A stretch of DNA of 64,000 bases from Candidatus Acidiferrum sp. (GCA_035635775.1 DASQAL010000072.1:775-64774), one strand, 5' to 3'. Positions 37,729-47,470 are shown, numbered from the stretch's first letter. A program made the numbers and translations. The notes: generated by a model from the letters alone, not told the origin.

Positions 37729-38676
37729 ATGCCGGCCTCGCCCCTCGCGGTCGAAGCGCGCGATCTCGCCAAGACCTTCCGCAGCGGATGGCTCCGCCAC
37801 CGGGAGACGCCCGCCCTGCGCGGGGCGAGCCTCCAGGTGCCGCGCGGCGCCATCTACGGCCTCCTCGGCCCCAACGGGGCGGGCAAGACCACGCTGCTGT
37901 CCATCCTGGCCACCCTGCTGCTGCCGGACAGCGGCTCCGCCACGATCCTCGGACATGATATTGTCCGCGAGGCCTTCGCGATCCGGCGCCGCCTCAACAT
38001 GGCGAGCGGCAACGCGTCGTTCGTGTGGAGCCTGCGGCCGGCGGAGGTCCTCGCCTTCTACGGGCGCCTGTACGGCCTCCACGGGCGCGCGCTCAAGCGC
38101 CGCGTGAACGAGCTACTCGAGCGCTTCGAGCTGACCGCGCACCTCAAGACGGAGTACAACGAGCTCTCCACCGGGCTCAAGCAGCGGCTGGCCCTCGCCA
38201 AGGCGCTCCTGAACGATCCGGAGGTCCTCTTCCTCGACGAGCCGACGCTCGGCCTCGATCCGGACGTGTCCATCCGCATCCGGGCCCAGATCGCCGAGCT
38301 GCGGCGGGAGCGGGACACCACCATCATCCTGACCACCCACTACATGCGGGAGGCCGAGGAGCTCTGCGACCGCATCGCCTTCATCAAGGACGGGCGCATC
38401 CTGGCCGAAGGCTCGGCGGACGAGCTCAAGCGCCAGATCCACATCGGGGACGTGATCTCGCTGCGCCTGGACCCCGCGGTCCCCGCCGGGCTCGGCGAGC
38501 TGCCCGGCGTGCTGGCCGTGCAGTCGCGCGGCGACCGGATCGAGTGCACGGTGGACTCCTCCGAGAAGCGTCTGCCCGACATCCTGAAGTGGCTCTGCGA
38601 CCGCGGGGTGCTCGTCCGCGACTGCCAGGTGCGCGAGCCCGACCTGGAGGAGGTCTTCGTTGAGCTCGCGCGCTGA
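37729..38676 (+). CDS. ABC transporter ATP-binding protein (ABC-2 / DrrA type)
   Basis: Walker A GPNGAGKTT, signature LSTGLKQR, Walker B LFLDEPT; 315 aa. Confidence 0.85.
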   Translation: MPASPLAVEARDLAKTFRSGWLRHRETPALRGASLQVPRGAIYGLLGPNGAGKTTLLSILATLLLPDSGSATILGHDIVREAFAIRRRLNMASGNASFVWSLRPAEVLAFYGRLYGLHGRALKRRVNELLERFELTAHLKTEYNELSTGLKQRLALAKALLNDPEVLFLDEPTLGLDPDVSIRIRAQIAELRRERDTTIILTTHYMREAEELCDRIAFIKDGRILAEGSADELKRQIHIGDVISLRLDPAVPAGLGELPGVLAVQSRGDRIECTVDSSEKRLPDILKWLCDRGVLVRDCQVREPDLEEVFVELAR

Positions 38677-39493
38677 GCCTCTCGCGCCGGGCGCCACCGA
38701 ATCCTGGGCCGCGGAGTGGGCGAGGCTGACCGCCTTCGCCTACCGCAACCTGATCATGGCGCGGCGCAACGTGTTCTTCCTCTTCGAGCTCACGTTCTGG
38801 CCGGGCGTGGCCATGCTCTCGCACGGCCTGCTCACCCGATTTCTCGACCTGACGCCCGAGATGACCGCGTTCATCCTGGTGGGCACCGTCGCCCTCTCCG
38901 CGGTCCAGGTCTGCCAGCTCGACGTCGCCTACGCGGTCCTCTTCGACATCTGGTCCAAGTCGATGAAGCACCAGTTTTTGACCCCGGTTCGCATCCACCA
39001 CCTGGCGCTCGGCTCCTGGCTGGTCGGGGTGGGGCGGGGCGTGATCGTGTGGGCCCTCATGGCGGTGATCGGCGGTCGCGCCTTCGGCTTCGACTTCCTC
39101 GGGCCAGGGCCCCTCCGGGTCGCGCTCTTCCTGCTCGGCTGCTTCCTCACCGCGCTCGTGATCGGGCTGCTGGTCTGCGCGCTGGTGCTGCTCTTCGGCA
39201 CCCGGGCCGAGACCTCCGCGTGGGCCGCGGTGAACTTCTTCGTGATGCTGGGCGGCATCTACTACCCGATCTCGGTGCTGCCGGGCTGGGTGCAGGCGGT
39301 CTCCGCGGCGATCCCGCTGACCTACTTCCTCGACGGGATCCGGGCCGGCTACGGTTTCCCGTCCCAGTTCGCCTATCCCTTCGCCACCGGGTTCGCGCTC
39401 TCGCTGCTCTACGCGATCCTCGCGCACTGGGCGCTCGCCGCCGCGGTCACCCGATCCCGCCGGACCGGCCTCCTCCTCAAGCTCTCGGAGTGA
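38660..39493 (+). CDS. ABC-2-type transporter permease
   Basis: 277 aa, 6 predicted TM segments, 17 nt overlap with the ATPase gene. Confidence 0.75.
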   Translation: MSSRAEPLAPGATESWAAEWARLTAFAYRNLIMARRNVFFLFELTFWPGVAMLSHGLLTRFLDLTPEMTAFILVGTVALSAVQVCQLDVAYAVLFDIWSKSMKHQFLTPVRIHHLALGSWLVGVGRGVIVWALMAVIGGRAFGFDFLGPGPLRVALFLLGCFLTALVIGLLVCALVLLFGTRAETSAWAAVNFFVMLGGIYYPISVLPGWVQAVSAAIPLTYFLDGIRAGYGFPSQFAYPFATGFALSLLYAILAHWALAAAVTRSRRTGLLLKLSE

Positions 39494-39497
39494 AGCG

Positions 39498-40168
39498 ATG
39501 AAGAAGGGCGGCGCCTCGCTCAAGCTCACCATGGAGCGCCCGCCGAAGCGCCTGGTCGCCGGCTTCCAGGACCTGCCCACCACCACGCTCGCCGAGCTCC
39601 TCACGCTCGACTCGGTGATGCGCCACGTGATCCGGCCCCTCTGGGCTCCGATGCCGCGCGTCGCGGGCCCGGCCTACACGGTCCGCACCGTCAGGCACGA
39701 CAACCTGATGCTGCACACCGCGATCTACCACGCCGAGCCGGGCGACGTCATCGTGGTCCAGGCGGGCGACGACCGGATGGCGGCGCGGGCGGCCACGTCT
39801 GCGCGGTGGCTCAGCGCCGCGGCGTGGCCGGCTTCGTCGTCGACGGGGTGATCCGCGACGTGGCCGAGTCGCGCGGCCGGGGCTTCCCTGTCTTCGCGCG
39901 CGGGGTGTCGCCCATCCCGGCGGGTCAGGACGGCCCCGGCGAGATCGGCGGCCCCATCACGTGCGGCGGGGTCCGGGTCAACCCGGGGGACGTGGTGGTG
40001 GCCGACGAGGAAGGCATCGTGGTGGTGGCCCGGGCCCGGGCGGAGACGGTGCTCAAGAACGCCCGGGCCAAGGCGGCCCGCGACGCGGCGGAGAGCCTGC
40101 CGGAGTGGGAGCGCAAGCACCGCGCGCGGGTGGAGAACACCCTGCGCGCGCACGGCTATCTCGGCTAG
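39498..40168 (+). pseudogene. RraA-family protein (RNase E regulator / HMG-OAA aldolase-like) interrupted by a -1 nt frameshift near 39780-39795
   Basis: Frame 0 gives ...AEPGDVIVVQAGDDRMAA then nonsense to TGA 39851; frame +2 continues GGHVCAVAQRRGVAGFVVDGVIRDVAESRGRGFPVFARGVSP...NPGDVVVADEEGIVVV; total length 671 nt (one short of 224 codons). Confidence 0.75.
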
Positions 40169-40611
40169 AACCCGATCCCGCGGGCCATCATGCCGGCCAC
40201 GAAGACCATCACCACCACGAGCGCCAGCTCGATGTGGTTGAGGGTGTACAGGCGCCGCGCCACCGACGTGTCCACCGGGAGACCGCGGCCGAGCTGGATC
40301 CGCCAGCGGATGAAGGTGACCATCGGGCGGACCTCGAGCAGGAGGATCAGGAGGAAGAGGGCCATCTTGGTCCAGAAGAGCGGCGAGCGGAGATAGAAGT
40401 CGGTGCCCTTCTCGAGTCCGCCGAAAGCGCGGAGCAGCCCGGTAACGATCCAGAGCACCGCCGCGACGCCCCAGGCATTGTCGGCGGCCAGCAGGCGGCG
40501 CAGCCCGTCCGCGTCGAGCTGACCCTTGAGCGCGCGGCCGCGCAGGAACACCGCGGGCAGCCCGATGGCCAGCGCGAGCAGGTGCAGGGACGAAACGACC
40601 GCGGCGACCAT
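40165..40611 (-). CDS. DUF2214-family membrane protein
   Basis: 148 aa, 4 TM segments; last gene of the minus-strand operon. Confidence 0.6.
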   Translation of the reverse strand: MVAAVVSSLHLLALAIGLPAVFLRGRALKGQLDADGLRRLLAADNAWGVAAVLWIVTGLLRAFGGLEKGTDFYLRSPLFWTKMALFLLILLLEVRPMVTFIRWRIQLGRGLPVDTSVARRLYTLNHIELALVVVMVFVAGMMARGIGF

Positions 40612-40622
40612 GCGAGGTCGGC

Positions 40623-41549
40623 CTATCGGCTGAGGAACTTGCGGACGGCGCCCGTAATCCCCTCGGCGTCGAGGCCGTGCTTGGCGTAGAGGCCCTTGTA
40701 GTCGCCCGACTCCCCGAAGGTCGCCACCCCGAGCCGCTTGATCGGCGTGGGCATCACCTCGCCCAGCAGCTCCGCGACCGCGCTGCCCAGGCCGCCGTGG
40801 ATGCTGTGGTCCTCCACCGTCATCACGTGGCCGGTACGGCCCGCCGAGCGGAGGATCGCCTCTTCGTCGAGCGGCTTGATGGTGGCCACGTTGATGACCT
40901 CGGCGTGGATCCCCTCGGCCGCGAGCTTCTTCGCCGCCTCGAGCGTGTTCCAGACCGGGCCGCCGGTGGTCAGGAGGGTGACGTCGTGCCCGGGGCGCAG
41001 CACGTCGGCCTTGCCGAACTGGAAGCGGTAGGCCGCGTCGTGCACCGGCTCGAGGTTCTGCCGGGTGAGCCGCAGGTAGAGCGGCCCCGGGTGCTCGACC
41101 GCGTAGGCGACCGCCTGCTTCGTCTCGAGCTCGTCGGCGGGCTGGATGATGGGGATGTTCGGCAGCGACCGCAGGCAGGCGATGTCCTCGAGGCCCATCT
41201 GGGTATAGCCGTCCTCACCGATGGCCACGCCCACGTGGGTGCCGACCAGCTTCACCGGCGCCTCGCTGTAGGCGACCGATACCCGGATCGTCTCGAACCG
41301 GCCGACCAGGAAGCAGGCGAAGGAGCACGCGAACGGCACGCGGCCGGCGAGGGCCAGGCCCGCGGCCACCCCGATCATGCCGGACTCGGCGATACCGAGG
41401 TTGAAGGCGCGCCCCGGGTACTTCTTGGCGAAGCCGGCGGTCATGGTGGACTTGGAGAGATCGGCGTCGAGCGTGACGATTCGGTCATCCTTGGCGCCCA
41501 GCTCGATCAGCGCCTCCCCGAACGCGGCGCGCGAGGCCTTGGCCGCCAT
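40623..41549 (-). CDS. transketolase, C-terminal (pyrimidine-binding) subunit
   Basis: ATG 41549 (MAAKASRAAFGEALIELGAKDDRIVTLDADLSKST...FNLGIAESGMIG...); ATGA overlap with the N-terminal subunit gene. Confidence 0.85.
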   Translation of the reverse strand: MAAKASRAAFGEALIELGAKDDRIVTLDADLSKSTMTAGFAKKYPGRAFNLGIAESGMIGVAAGLALAGRVPFACSFACFLVGRFETIRVSVAYSEAPVKLVGTHVGVAIGEDGYTQMGLEDIACLRSLPNIPIIQPADELETKQAVAYAVEHPGPLYLRLTRQNLEPVHDAAYRFQFGKADVLRPGHDVTLLTTGGPVWNTLEAAKKLAAEGIHAEVINVATIKPLDEEAILRSAGRTGHVMTVEDHSIHGGLGSAVAELLGEVMPTPIKRLGVATFGESGDYKGLYAKHGLDAEGITGAVRKFLSR

Positions 41550-42445
41550 CACTTCTTCCCCAGGGCCGCGAGCTCCGCGATGATCGGCTCGGCCCACCTG
41601 GGCACCGGGCTCCCCACGATCTCCTGGATCGCCCGCACCGCTTCCTCGGGCTTGGGCGCCTTGCCGTGCCACTCCGGGTCGTTCTCCATGAAGGACACGC
41701 CCTTGCCCTTGACGGTGTGGGCCACGATGAACGTGGGGCCACCCTTGGTGGCCTCCGCCTGGTCCAGCGCCTTGTCCACCTGGGCGATGTCGTGGCCGTT
41801 GACCTCGAGCACCGGCCAGCCGAAGGCCTTGAGCTTGTCGGTCACCGGCTCCAGGTCGAGAATCTTCTTCACGAAGTTGTCGAGCTGGATGCCGTTGTAG
41901 TCGAGGATCACGCAGAGATTGTCCAGGTGATGATCGGGCGCCCCCAGCTTCGGCGCCGACATGAGGCTCTCCCAGATCTGGCCTTCCTGGGTCTCGCCGT
42001 CGCCCACCACGCAGTAGACGCGCGCGCTCTTGCCCGCGAGCTTCAGCCCGAGCGCCATGCCCATCGCCACCGACAGGCCCTGGCCGAGCGAGCCGGTCGC
42101 GGCCTCGATGCCCGGCAGCATCACGCGGTCGGGATGCCCCTGCAGCGGGCTGCCGAGCTTGCGCAGGGTGATCAGCCGGTCCATCGGGAAGAAGCCGGCC
42201 TTCGCCATGCAGTAGTACTGGGCGGGCACGCAGTGGCCCTTGGAGAGCACGAAGCGGTCGCGGTCCTCCCAGTGCGGCCGCTTGGAATCGTAGCGCAAGC
42301 GGTTGAAGAAGAGGGTGGTGAGGATGTCGATCACGGAGAGCGAGCCCCCGGGATGCCCCGACCCCGCGTGGGTGAGCATCCGGATGATCTGCGCCCGCCC
42401 CTCGCGGGCGATGGACTCGAGCTTCGCCAGGTCCGGATTCGCCAT
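41549..42445 (-). CDS. transketolase, N-terminal (TPP-binding) subunit
   Basis: ATG 42445; ...GSGHPGGSLSVIDILTTLFF...LSKGHC...GSLGQGLS...VGDGETQEGQIWE... Confidence 0.85.
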   Translation of the reverse strand: MANPDLAKLESIAREGRAQIIRMLTHAGSGHPGGSLSVIDILTTLFFNRLRYDSKRPHWEDRDRFVLSKGHCVPAQYYCMAKAGFFPMDRLITLRKLGSPLQGHPDRVMLPGIEAATGSLGQGLSVAMGMALGLKLAGKSARVYCVVGDGETQEGQIWESLMSAPKLGAPDHHLDNLCVILDYNGIQLDNFVKKILDLEPVTDKLKAFGWPVLEVNGHDIAQVDKALDQAEATKGGPTFIVAHTVKGKGVSFMENDPEWHGKAPKPEEAVRAIQEIVGSPVPRWAEPIIAELAALGKK

Positions 42446-43995
42446 CAGTCCAATCCCTCCATGAAGCCTGCGATCGCGTCCACGTGCACGCCGGTCACCG
42501 CGATCGCGGGGGCGTACACGACCTCGTCGGCCCCCCACAGCGGCGTGCCGCGCGCATCCTTGGTGGTGCCGACGACGGCTCCGAGCAGCCGCGTCACGTT
42601 GTCGTTGATCCGGATCGTGTTCGCCTTGAGCGGCGCTGCGATCCGGCCGTCGCGGATGATAAAGGAATCCCCCACCACCGTACAAGTGAAGTCGCCCGCC
42701 CGCAACCCGTTGATCGGGTACGTGTACCAGATGCGGCCGACGTAGAGGCCGTTGCCGACGCGCGCGGCGAGATCCGCGAGGGACACCGGATCGGCGCCCT
42801 CCACGAGGATGTTGGACGCTCCGGTTCCCGGCGTGGTATCGAAGGACCGGCCGGAGCCGCCTTCGTAGCGGAAGCCGTTGCGGGGCGCGAGCGCGGCGGC
42901 CGCCGCGGCGGGATCCACCCCGAGCTTCTCGCGCGCGGCCGGATCGTGGAGCAGGCGCTGCGTGTCGTACCAGTGGCTGAGCAGCCCGACCAGCACGCCG
43001 TCCTTGATCAGGTCGGTGCGGCCGGTGGGCAGTCCCTCGCAGGTGATGCCGCGCGAGCCGGCCAGCCCCGGCATCGCGCCGTGGTCGTAGACGCTGAGCC
43101 CGCGCGCCGCGACGATCCGGCCGAGCCGGCCCAGGAACGGCGTGCTCGAGGAGTAGAACGAGCCTGCCTGGCAGGAGGGGACGATCAGGTTATTGCAGAG
43201 ATCGGCCACCGGCTGCGGACCGAAGATCACCGGGTAGTCGCCGGAGGGCACCCGCTCGCCGTCCATCGCGGCCACCGCGTTGTCCGCCGCTTCCCCGCCG
43301 GCCTCGTCGGTGAAGTGCTCGAGCCGGGTGCAGATGGACCACCCGGAGCCCTTGGCGTCGCGCGCCTCCACCATGCCGGTGGCCGACGCCGACATGAACG
43401 CGCAGTCGTCGGCCTGGGGCTCGGGCATCGCGCTCGAGGCGATCGCCACGCGCGACTGGAGGATCGTCACGTCCCCGCCCAGGATGAGCCCGAGCCGCTT
43501 GAGCCCCGCCTCGTCGGGCACCAGGTCGGCGAGGCGGGACGACGCCATGAAAGCGCGCAGCCCGCCGGTGATCACCTTCCAGCCCGCCTCTACCAGCTCG
43601 GCGTCCTCCACGCGCATGAGCCGCGAGTCGTGATGGCCCACGAGCGCCCGCGGTAGGCCGGTGGGCCGCGGCAGCGAGCGGAACTCCGGATCGTGCACCG
43701 CCGCCTGCCGCGCCTTCGCGAGCGCGCGCAGGGCCCCGTCCGGCGTGAGATCGCTCGGCTCCGAGCCGAAGCCGATGAGGGGCCGCCCCTCGGGGCCGTC
43801 GAACACTGCCTGGACCCCGAGCCCCTCCGCCTCGGTGGACTTGGGCTCCTCCACCCCGTTGCAGGGGATATGCGACGTGTAGTTCAGCCGGGTGAGGAGC
43901 GAGCGGTTGAAGGCGGCGAACACCTCGACCTCGCGCACCCCGGGCTCGGCGCAGAGGCGGGCGAGCGCCTCCCGGACGGCCCGCGTGAGATCCAC
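42445..43995 (-). CDS. TldD/PmbA-family protein, non-catalytic partner type (second pair)
   Basis: 516 aa, PmbA_TldD-like C-terminal region (...GLYVGRIWYTYPING...), no HExxxH motif. Confidence 0.65.
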   Translation of the reverse strand: MDLTRAVREALARLCAEPGVREVEVFAAFNRSLLTRLNYTSHIPCNGVEEPKSTEAEGLGVQAVFDGPEGRPLIGFGSEPSDLTPDGALRALAKARQAAVHDPEFRSLPRPTGLPRALVGHHDSRLMRVEDAELVEAGWKVITGGLRAFMASSRLADLVPDEAGLKRLGLILGGDVTILQSRVAIASSAMPEPQADDCAFMSASATGMVEARDAKGSGWSICTRLEHFTDEAGGEAADNAVAAMDGERVPSGDYPVIFGPQPVADLCNNLIVPSCQAGSFYSSSTPFLGRLGRIVAARGLSVYDHGAMPGLAGSRGITCEGLPTGRTDLIKDGVLVGLLSHWYDTQRLLHDPAAREKLGVDPAAAAAALAPRNGFRYEGGSGRSFDTTPGTGASNILVEGADPVSLADLAARVGNGLYVGRIWYTYPINGLRAGDFTCTVVGDSFIIRDGRIAAPLKANTIRINDNVTRLLGAVVGTTKDARGTPLWGADEVVYAPAIAVTGVHVDAIAGFMEGLD

Positions 43996-43999
43996 GCGG

Positions 44000-45568
44000 C
44001 TAGGCTCCGCCGGTCACGATGGCGCGGCTGCGCAGGGTGGGGCCGCCGTTGCCCAGCTTGCGGGTCTGCATGGGCTGGCCCTTGCCGCAGTTGGGGATCG
44101 GGTAGAGCCGGAAGTCGCGGCCGACGCCGTCCACGTGCATCAGGAAGTCGCGGCTGTCCGCCATGATGCCGCCGTCGCGGTAGAGCCGGCCGAGCTGGCC
44201 GCGGTCGATCTCGTAGATCTTGCGGGCGGAGATCCGGAAGTTCTCGCGGCTCTCCGCGATCGAGGGCGTCCGGTGGCCGACCAGGTAGTAGCCGTGCTCG
44301 ATCTCCTTGATGAGATCCGCGGGCTCCCGATCTCCACCCGCGAACACGGTGGAGGACATGCGGACGAGCGGGACCAGGGAGGCGTCGGTGGCCTTCCAGT
44401 GTCCGTTGGGATCGCCGCCGAAGACCGCCGCGGTCTGGCGGCTGTTCATGAACCCGGTGAACACCCCGCGATCGATGTGGACGACCCGGCGCGCCGGCGT
44501 GCCCTCGTGGTCGTAGGCGTAGTGGCCGTAGCCGGGCAGGGACGGATCGGAGAACGCGCTCACCAGCGGGGAGGCGATGCGCTTGCCGAGCTGGGTGTCG
44601 TCGAGGCCGCGCAGCAGCCAGGAGCGGCCGGCGTACGCGGTCTCCATCTTGAGCCCGCGGTCCAGCTCCACCGGGTGCCCGACGATCTCGTGGGAGAGCA
44701 GGGTGTTGTAGTGCGGGTCGGTGACGACCGGCATCTCCCCGTCGGGGGCCACCAGCGCGGGCGCGGCCGCCAGCTCCACCGCGTCCCCGGCCAGCGCCAG
44801 CGCGAACTCCGGGAAGGGCGGGAACTCGATCAGCGGCTCGGAGACGCCGCGGGTGAGGATCTCCCACCCGCGCTGATGGCCGAGCACGTCGTAGATCTCC
44901 TGGCTATTGTCGGCCCCGGTCGCCACCACGTAGCACATGCCCTGGGTGAGCGCGAAGGACTGGTCGATGACCGCGCCCTCCGAGGAGGCGAAGAGCTCGC
45001 GGCTGAGCTCGGTCATCGTGGAGATGTAGTTGTAGGACGCGCTCGCGTGAAAGCCGGCCACCCGCCGGGACACGTCGGTGGTGAGCCGCTGCATGTCGTC
45101 GAGCGCAATTGATCGAGGGTCGACCTCGAAGACGGCCGGGACCACCGCCTGGCGTACCGGGACCGGGTGCAGGCGGGTGTCGCTGAGCGCGTCGCCCAGG
45201 GAGCCGAACTTGCCCTTCACCTCCGCCTTCATCTCCGCGTTGGCCATCGCGCGCCGGTACGCGGCGAGCAAGCCCTCCCGCAGCAACCGGCCCAGGTGCG
45301 GGACATCCGCGGCGCCGAGCCCGCGGCCGAAGTAGCCCGGCGCGGTCATGCGGCGGCCCGCCAGCACGCGGATCCCGAGGGCGCAGGCGTAATCGTCGCC
45401 GGAGGTCTTGGCCTCTCCGTTCTCCGCGCCCGCGAACTTGCCCTCGCTGACCTCGAGCCTCACGTCGGCGTACCGGAGGTCCGCGAGGGCACGCGCCTGG
45501 GTGGTGGCCAGCTCGCGGACCATCGGGGTGACGGTCTCGATCAGCCGGGTCTCGATCCCGTGGGGCAT
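44000..45568 (-). CDS. TldD-like metallopeptidase (second pair)
   Basis: 522 aa; HEIVGHPVELDR zinc motif in the TldD position, C-terminal ...GYYLVG... Confidence 0.7.
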   Translation of the reverse strand: MPHGIETRLIETVTPMVRELATTQARALADLRYADVRLEVSEGKFAGAENGEAKTSGDDYACALGIRVLAGRRMTAPGYFGRGLGAADVPHLGRLLREGLLAAYRRAMANAEMKAEVKGKFGSLGDALSDTRLHPVPVRQAVVPAVFEVDPRSIALDDMQRLTTDVSRRVAGFHASASYNYISTMTELSRELFASSEGAVIDQSFALTQGMCYVVATGADNSQEIYDVLGHQRGWEILTRGVSEPLIEFPPFPEFALALAGDAVELAAAPALVAPDGEMPVVTDPHYNTLLSHEIVGHPVELDRGLKMETAYAGRSWLLRGLDDTQLGKRIASPLVSAFSDPSLPGYGHYAYDHEGTPARRVVHIDRGVFTGFMNSRQTAAVFGGDPNGHWKATDASLVPLVRMSSTVFAGGDREPADLIKEIEHGYYLVGHRTPSIAESRENFRISARKIYEIDRGQLGRLYRDGGIMADSRDFLMHVDGVGRDFRLYPIPNCGKGQPMQTRKLGNGGPTLRSRAIVTGGA

Positions 45569-45572
45569 GGGC

Positions 45573-46784
45573 TCAGGCGAGGGCGAACGGCTCGACCGAG
45601 ACGGTATCGCCCGCCGCCACGTCGCCGCGCTCCTCCTCGATCACCACGAAACAGTTGGCCAGCGTCATCGAGGTGAGGATGCCGGAGCCCTGGGGCCCGG
45701 TGATGCGCACCTCCCAGCGCTCGCCGGCATAGGAGAGGATGCCGCGCTTGAACTCCCGCCGGCCCGGCTTCTTGCTCATCGGCTCCATCGCGACCGCGTG
45801 GAAGCGGGGCGGGAACAGCTCGCGGCGCCCGGCGAGCTTCCAGAGGGCGGGCCGCACGAAGAGGTGGAACGTCAGCATCGAGGCCACCGGATTGCCGGGC
45901 AGGCCGAAGAAGTGCGCGGACCCGATCCGGCCCACCGCGAGCGGCCGGCCGGGTTGCATCGCCACCTGCCAGAAATCGATCCCCCCCGCGTCCTGGAGCA
46001 CCGCCTTCACCAGGTCGTGGTCGCCCACCGACACGCCCCCCGAGGTGAGCACGACGTCCGCGGTGGCGGCGGCGGTGCGCAGGCGCGCGTGCAGCACGTC
46101 GTAGAGATCGGGGACGATGCCGTAGTCGGTGGTCTGCCCGCCCGCGGCGTGCACGAGACCGTGCAGCGAGAAGCGGTTCGAGTCGAAGATCTGGCCGGGC
46201 TTGCGCGGGTCGCCCGGCTCGGCGACCTCGTCGCCGGTGGAGAGGATCGCCACGCGCGGCCGCTGGTGCACGAGGAGCTGCGGCAGCCCGAGCGAGGCCG
46301 CGACGCCCAGCTCCTGCGGCCGCAGCGCGGTGCCCGCGGCCAGCACCACCGACCCGGCCCGTACGTCCTCGCCGCGGGGGCGCACGTTGACGCCGGCCGG
46401 GCCGGCCGGGACGCGCACGGAGCGCCCGCTCCGCTCGACGATCTCCTGCGGGTACACGGTGCCCCCGCCCGCCGGCATCGGCGCGCCGGTCATGATGCGT
46501 AGCGCCTCGCCGGGTCCGAGCGTGCCGTCGAAGACCGCGCCCGCGGCCAGCTCGGCCACCACCGTGAGCTCCCGGCTGCCCTCCGAGGGGATATCGTCTG
46601 AGCGCACCGCGTAGCCGTCGACCGCGGAGTTGTCGGTGGGCGGCACGTCGAAGGCGGCGCGCACGTCCTCGGCGAGCACGCGGCCGAGGCAGGCCCCCAC
46701 CGCGGCCACCTCGGGCGGGGCGATCCTGGTCACCTGGGCCAGGATATGCGCCTGCGCGTCCGCGACCGAAATCATGACGCGCAT
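45573..46784 (-). CDS. moeA: molybdopterin molybdotransferase MoeA
   Basis: ...VSVADAQAHILAQV...PPTDNSAVDGYAVR...VLTSGGVSVGDHDLVK...GLPGNPVAS... Confidence 0.85.
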   Translation of the reverse strand: MRVMISVADAQAHILAQVTRIAPPEVAAVGACLGRVLAEDVRAAFDVPPTDNSAVDGYAVRSDDIPSEGSRELTVVAELAAGAVFDGTLGPGEALRIMTGAPMPAGGGTVYPQEIVERSGRSVRVPAGPAGVNVRPRGEDVRAGSVVLAAGTALRPQELGVAASLGLPQLLVHQRPRVAILSTGDEVAEPGDPRKPGQIFDSNRFSLHGLVHAAGGQTTDYGIVPDLYDVLHARLRTAAATADVVLTSGGVSVGDHDLVKAVLQDAGGIDFWQVAMQPGRPLAVGRIGSAHFFGLPGNPVASMLTFHLFVRPALWKLAGRRELFPPRFHAVAMEPMSKKPGRREFKRGILSYAGERWEVRITGPQGSGILTSMTLANCFVVIEEERGDVAAGDTVSVEPFALA

Positions 46785-46852
46785 TATACCGTGCGGCCCG
46801 CGCGGCCGCCCGCATCCCCCCGGTCACGATACGCATGTTACGATACGCGCCG

Positions 46853-47470
46853 ATGTCGTCGTCATGCCCACAATGCGGCTGGCCGCGGGTCGACGGCGCG
46901 CACTGCCCGCGCTGCGGGGTGGACGTCGCCCGTTACCGCGCCGACATGGCCGCGGTGAGCGCGGTGGCGACCCCGGCGGTGGCGCCGGCCACTCCGCCCA
47001 CCACTTCAATGGACGCGGCCCCGGCCGGGACCGCGGACGCGCGGGTCACCGCGCCGATGGCCGCCGCGGCCCTTCACCCGGCCGGCTTCTGGATCCGGTC
47101 CGGGGCGCTGCTGATCGACGTGGTCTGCGTGATGGCGGCGGAGATGGCCTTCGGGTTCTTCATGTGGGCGCTCGCCGAGGACCGCCTGGCCGCCGCCGGC
47201 TCGCGCGCGTTCCGCTTCCTGGCGAGCCCCTGCTACTTCGTGTTCCTGCACTGGGCGCGCGGCCAGACCCTCGGCAAGATGGCCTTTCACATCCGCGTCG
47301 TCTCGCGGGACGGCGGCCCTCTGTCCTTCGGGCAGGCCGCGCTCCGCCATCTCGGCTCCTGGCTCTCCGCGGCCATCCTCGGCATCGGCTATCTGGTCGC
47401 CGCCTTCCGTGCCGACAAGCGCGCGCTGCACGACCTCATCGCGGGCACCCGCGTCGAACACGTCACCTGA
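46853..47470 (+). CDS. RDD-family membrane protein with N-terminal zinc-ribbon
   Basis: MSSSCPQCGWPRVDGAHCPRCG..., then AGFWIRSGALLIDVV...GQTLGKMAFHIRVV...RALHDLIAGT; alternative ATG 46835. Confidence 0.7.
   Translation: MSSSCPQCGWPRVDGAHCPRCGVDVARYRADMAAVSAVATPAVAPATPPTTSMDAAPAGTADARVTAPMAAAALHPAGFWIRSGALLIDVVCVMAAEMAFGFFMWALAEDRLAAAGSRAFRFLASPCYFVFLHWARGQTLGKMAFHIRVVSRDGGPLSFGQAALRHLGSWLSAAILGIGYLVAAFRADKRALHDLIAGTRVEHVT

Noticed and set aside
39780-39795. Programmed ribosomal frameshift in the RraA-family gene
   Set aside because: No slippery heptamer or downstream pseudoknot-like structure is evident. A simple 1 nt indel in a G/C run is the more economical explanation.
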